This document shows positions 61,262-64,000 of a DNA stretch of 64,000 bases, piece by piece. Every line of letters begins with the position of its first letter. Within the stretch, counting starts at the first letter, position 1. The translations under genes were made by a program, and so were the position numbers. Source of the DNA: Selaginella moellendorffii (taxonomy: Eukaryota; Plantae; Lycopodiophyta); contig NW_003314262.1 in the NCBI RefSeq assembly GCF_000143415.4, positions 3,482,405 through 3,546,404 of the forward strand. Direction: 5' to 3'. Below the pieces are notes generated by a model. The model worked only from the letters and a program-made list of their open reading frames with translations, did no database searches and was not told the DNA's origin.

Positions 61262-63754
61262 ATGCTGGCGCAATCGATCGCGAGCTGCCCCGATTTTAGG
61301 TCCGATCAGAGCTCTCGACCCCGCGGCAATACCAGATCGCTCAAGAGCGCTCTAATCGCTGCGCTCAAGGCCGCCGGCGCGTCGAGGGATCTTGGCGAGG
61401 TGAGGAGGATTCATGGCGTCGCAATCCAGCGCGGGCTGCTCCAATCGGACGTGTTTGTGGCCAACAGCGTCATCAGCATGTACGCCAAATGCGGGAGCAT
61501 GGAGGAGGCCCGCGAGGTCTTCCAGGGCATGGGATTTCGCGATGTCGTCTCGTGGAACGCGCTCATCGGTGGCTATGCCGAGGCTGGGGGTCCGGGCAGC
61601 GAGATCGCTCTGGGATATTTCGAGCAGTTCCAGCGAGAGAATGGGTGTTCTTCCAGTTCTCGGACGTTTGTTGCCGCTGTCAAGGCGTGTGCTGGGTTGG
61701 CGGCGCGAGAAGAGGCGACGCTTCTGGATGGGAGAGTTCTCGTGAAGAAGAGATCGCTGGAGCGAGGCATGGTACTCCACTCCCAAGCAGCCAAAGATGG
61801 TTTTGAGCGGGATCTCTACGTCTCTAGCAGCTTGGTGGACATGTACGCCAAGTGTGGGAGCTTGCTCGATGCGAGGAGGATCTTCGAGAGAATGCCCGAG
61901 AGAAATGCAGTGTCTTGGACAGCGCTGATCTCCGGCTATGCGGAAAGCGGAGATGGCGAGACAGCTCTAGAGATTTTTGAGCGTTTCTTCCGGAGCTTCC
62001 AGGTGGATGGTCGAGCTCTTGTCGCTGCTATCAAGGCCTGTGGCTGTGTAGCTGTGAAGGAGAAGGCAAGCTTGGTTGCCGGACAGGTTGTGAAGATGCT
62101 TTCTCTCGAGAGAGGCATGGCTATTCACTCCATGGCGGGCTCCGAGACGGATATATTCGTAGCGAGCAGCTTGGTTGACATGTATGCCAAGTGTGGAAGG
62201 ATGGAAGAAGCTCGCAGAGTGTTCGATGGGATACCTGGCCGAGATCACGACGTGGTTTTGTGGACCTCGCTCATACAGGGATATGCCGAGAACGATGAGC
62301 TTGATCTGGCTTTCGGGATCTTCGCTAGCGGTGTCGGCTTCCATGGAGCCAACTCTCAAACGTTTGTGGCAGTTCTCAAGGCTTGCTCTGGCCTTGCCTC
62401 GATCGAACAGCTTACTCAAGTCGAGGGTAAACTTGTCAAGATCAAGAGCTTGCAGAGAGGTATGTGCGTTCATTCCGAAGCTTCAAAATGTGGTTTTTCT
62501 GACATGGACGTTCACGTTGTTAGCAGTTTGATCGACTTGTACGCGAAGTGTGGGAGCATGGAAGACTCACAGGCCGTGTTCGACAGAACTTCGAGGCTCA
62601 ACGTGGTTTGCTGGAACGCGTTGATCCTCGGGTATGCTGAAAACGGAGATGACACAATGGCTCTCGGCTGGTTTGAGCAATTCGTGCAATGCTGTGGCGG
62701 CGTAGCGGACTCTTGGACGTTCGTTGGTGTGATCAGAGCCTGTTCTTCACTCGCGTCCAGGGAAAGCGTCGAGTCAAGGACCGGCACGAAGATCGTCTCT
62801 CTGGAGAAAGGCATGGCCGTTCACTCCCGCGCTCGAAGTCTCGGCTGCCAGTCCAGTATCTATGTTGCCAGCAGCCTCATCGACATGTACGCAAAGTGTG
62901 GAAGCATGGTGGACGCCCGCAGGGTCTTTGACAAAGCTCCAAGCGCTACTCGCGACGTTGTTCTGTGGACGACACTGGTTCTGGGATACGCCGAGAATGG
63001 TGACGGCGAAGCAGCTCTAGAGATCTTCCAGCTCATGAAGTCGGAGGGGTGTCACCTGGATGTCCGAGTTTTCGCTGCCGCATTGAAGGCCTGTGCGGTC
63101 TGCTCGGACTTGCGATCCGGAGAAGCCGTCTACGAGGAAACTTGCCGGCACGGGATCGGGCAAGACCCTGTGGTGGTGAGCTGCTTGGTCGATCTATACG
63201 GGAAATGTGGCAGCGTGGCCGGGGCACAGCGAACTTTCGACTGCTCGGGTCCATGCGGGACAGCGACTTGGAACGCTTTGATCGCGGCCTATGCTCAGCA
63301 GGGAGACAGCGGCAAAGTTTTCGAGACGTTCTCGAAGATGCTGGACGAAGCAGCCGCGAGAGAACAAGGAGAGAGCAATGGTGCTGGTCTGTATCTCAAG
63401 CCCGACTCGCTCACTCTGGTATCGGTTCTCACGGCTTGCAGCCATGCCGGGCTCGCTGACAAGGGGAAGCACATCTTGGAGGCGATGCCTGGGAAGTTTG
63501 GGATCCAACCGAGCATCGAGCACTACCACTGCTTGGTCGATCTTCTGGGGCGAGCCAACCGGGTGGAGGAAGCGCTGGCTATGGTGGAAGCGATGCCTTT
63601 TGAGGCGAGTGCAGTGACATGGACGACTGTGTTGGGGTCGTGCAAGAGCGTGGAAGATATCGAGGTGGCAAAGGTTGCTTTTGACTCTTTGGTTTCGTTA
63701 AACGACAGGAAGAGCTCCGCTTATGTGTTGATGGCCGAAGCGCTCAACAAGTAA
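61262..63754 (+). CDS. PLS-class PPR protein with E domains and elongated L-type motifs
   Basis: Repeated DMYAKCGS..AR.VF and VVxWTxLIxGYAE motifs, then HYHCLVDLLGRA..MPFE..WTTVL. The likely ATG is 61262, downstream of the tRNA. Confidence 0.93.
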   Translation: MLAQSIASCPDFRSDQSSRPRGNTRSLKSALIAALKAAGASRDLGEVRRIHGVAIQRGLLQSDVFVANSVISMYAKCGSMEEAREVFQGMGFRDVVSWNALIGGYAEAGGPGSEIALGYFEQFQRENGCSSSSRTFVAAVKACAGLAAREEATLLDGRVLVKKRSLERGMVLHSQAAKDGFERDLYVSSSLVDMYAKCGSLLDARRIFERMPERNAVSWTALISGYAESGDGETALEIFERFFRSFQVDGRALVAAIKACGCVAVKEKASLVAGQVVKMLSLERGMAIHSMAGSETDIFVASSLVDMYAKCGRMEEARRVFDGIPGRDHDVVLWTSLIQGYAENDELDLAFGIFASGVGFHGANSQTFVAVLKACSGLASIEQLTQVEGKLVKIKSLQRGMCVHSEASKCGFSDMDVHVVSSLIDLYAKCGSMEDSQAVFDRTSRLNVVCWNALILGYAENGDDTMALGWFEQFVQCCGGVADSWTFVGVIRACSSLASRESVESRTGTKIVSLEKGMAVHSRARSLGCQSSIYVASSLIDMYAKCGSMVDARRVFDKAPSATRDVVLWTTLVLGYAENGDGEAALEIFQLMKSEGCHLDVRVFAAALKACAVCSDLRSGEAVYEETCRHGIGQDPVVVSCLVDLYGKCGSVAGAQRTFDCSGPCGTATWNALIAAYAQQGDSGKVFETFSKMLDEAAAREQGESNGAGLYLKPDSLTLVSVLTACSHAGLADKGKHILEAMPGKFGIQPSIEHYHCLVDLLGRANRVEEALAMVEAMPFEASAVTWTTVLGSCKSVEDIEVAKVAFDSLVSLNDRKSSAYVLMAEALNK

Positions 63755-64000
63755 AAACAGTCTTTTGCAACAGGATTATTTTATATGATATTTTGGGGCT
63801 TCTGTTAAACTTAAATTAAAGACCATCTCGAGGAAGATGTTATTTTGATATCTTATATGATCATGGATAGATCATACAGTAACATTCTTATAGTTTCACA
63901 CTAATGTGAGCACAAGAGCTCACAATGGAGTAAGAGAAAGCTCCCTTACTCATTGTCAGCAGGATAGTTCATGAGATGATAATGAGCAGGATAGCTCTCC

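Overview
Gene-dense nuclear DNA from a non-seed land plant. The very short GT-AG introns, tiny intergenic spacers, GC-rich exons and PLS-class PPR genes suggest a Selaginella-like lycophyte (inference). Left arm (0.3-8.3 kb): acyl-ACP thioesterase, a DUF4283/LINE-ORF1-like gene, the minor-spliceosome factor ZRSR/RGH3, SLX1 and a degenerate tRNA-Lys. 8.3-27.6 kb is a rearranged duplication mosaic with three near-complete copies and one remnant of a TPR+SET gene (third copy inverted), four pseudogene fragments of a TMEM87/GOST gene, and an AT-rich secreted-protein gene. 27.6-35.1 kb is an L-gulonolactone-oxidase-like tandem array (two pseudogenes, one intact) interrupted by a Copia remnant, followed by SEC13. 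37-47.6 kb holds two related Ty3/gypsy elements, the older carrying nested 5S-rRNA-bearing Cassandra TRIMs. Right arm: a second copy of the AT-rich gene, intact TMEM87, SF3A1-like, tRNA-Ile, PPR, Tpt1 overlapping PARG, tRNA-Ile, PPR. Top candidates for novelty: (1) a duplicated, intronless, very AT-rich gene for signal peptide + barnase/RNase Sa-like domain + GNA-type mannose-binding lectin (A-B-toxin-like layout); (2) a U12-type intron plus poison exon hidden inside an intron of the minor-spliceosome gene ZRSR; (3) Tpt1 and PARG (potential ADP-ribose writer and eraser) with overlapping convergent CDS ends; (4) a -1 frameshift site with pseudoknot in a tRNA-Ala-primed plant gypsy element. All homology calls were made by eye from remembered motifs; no searches were run.
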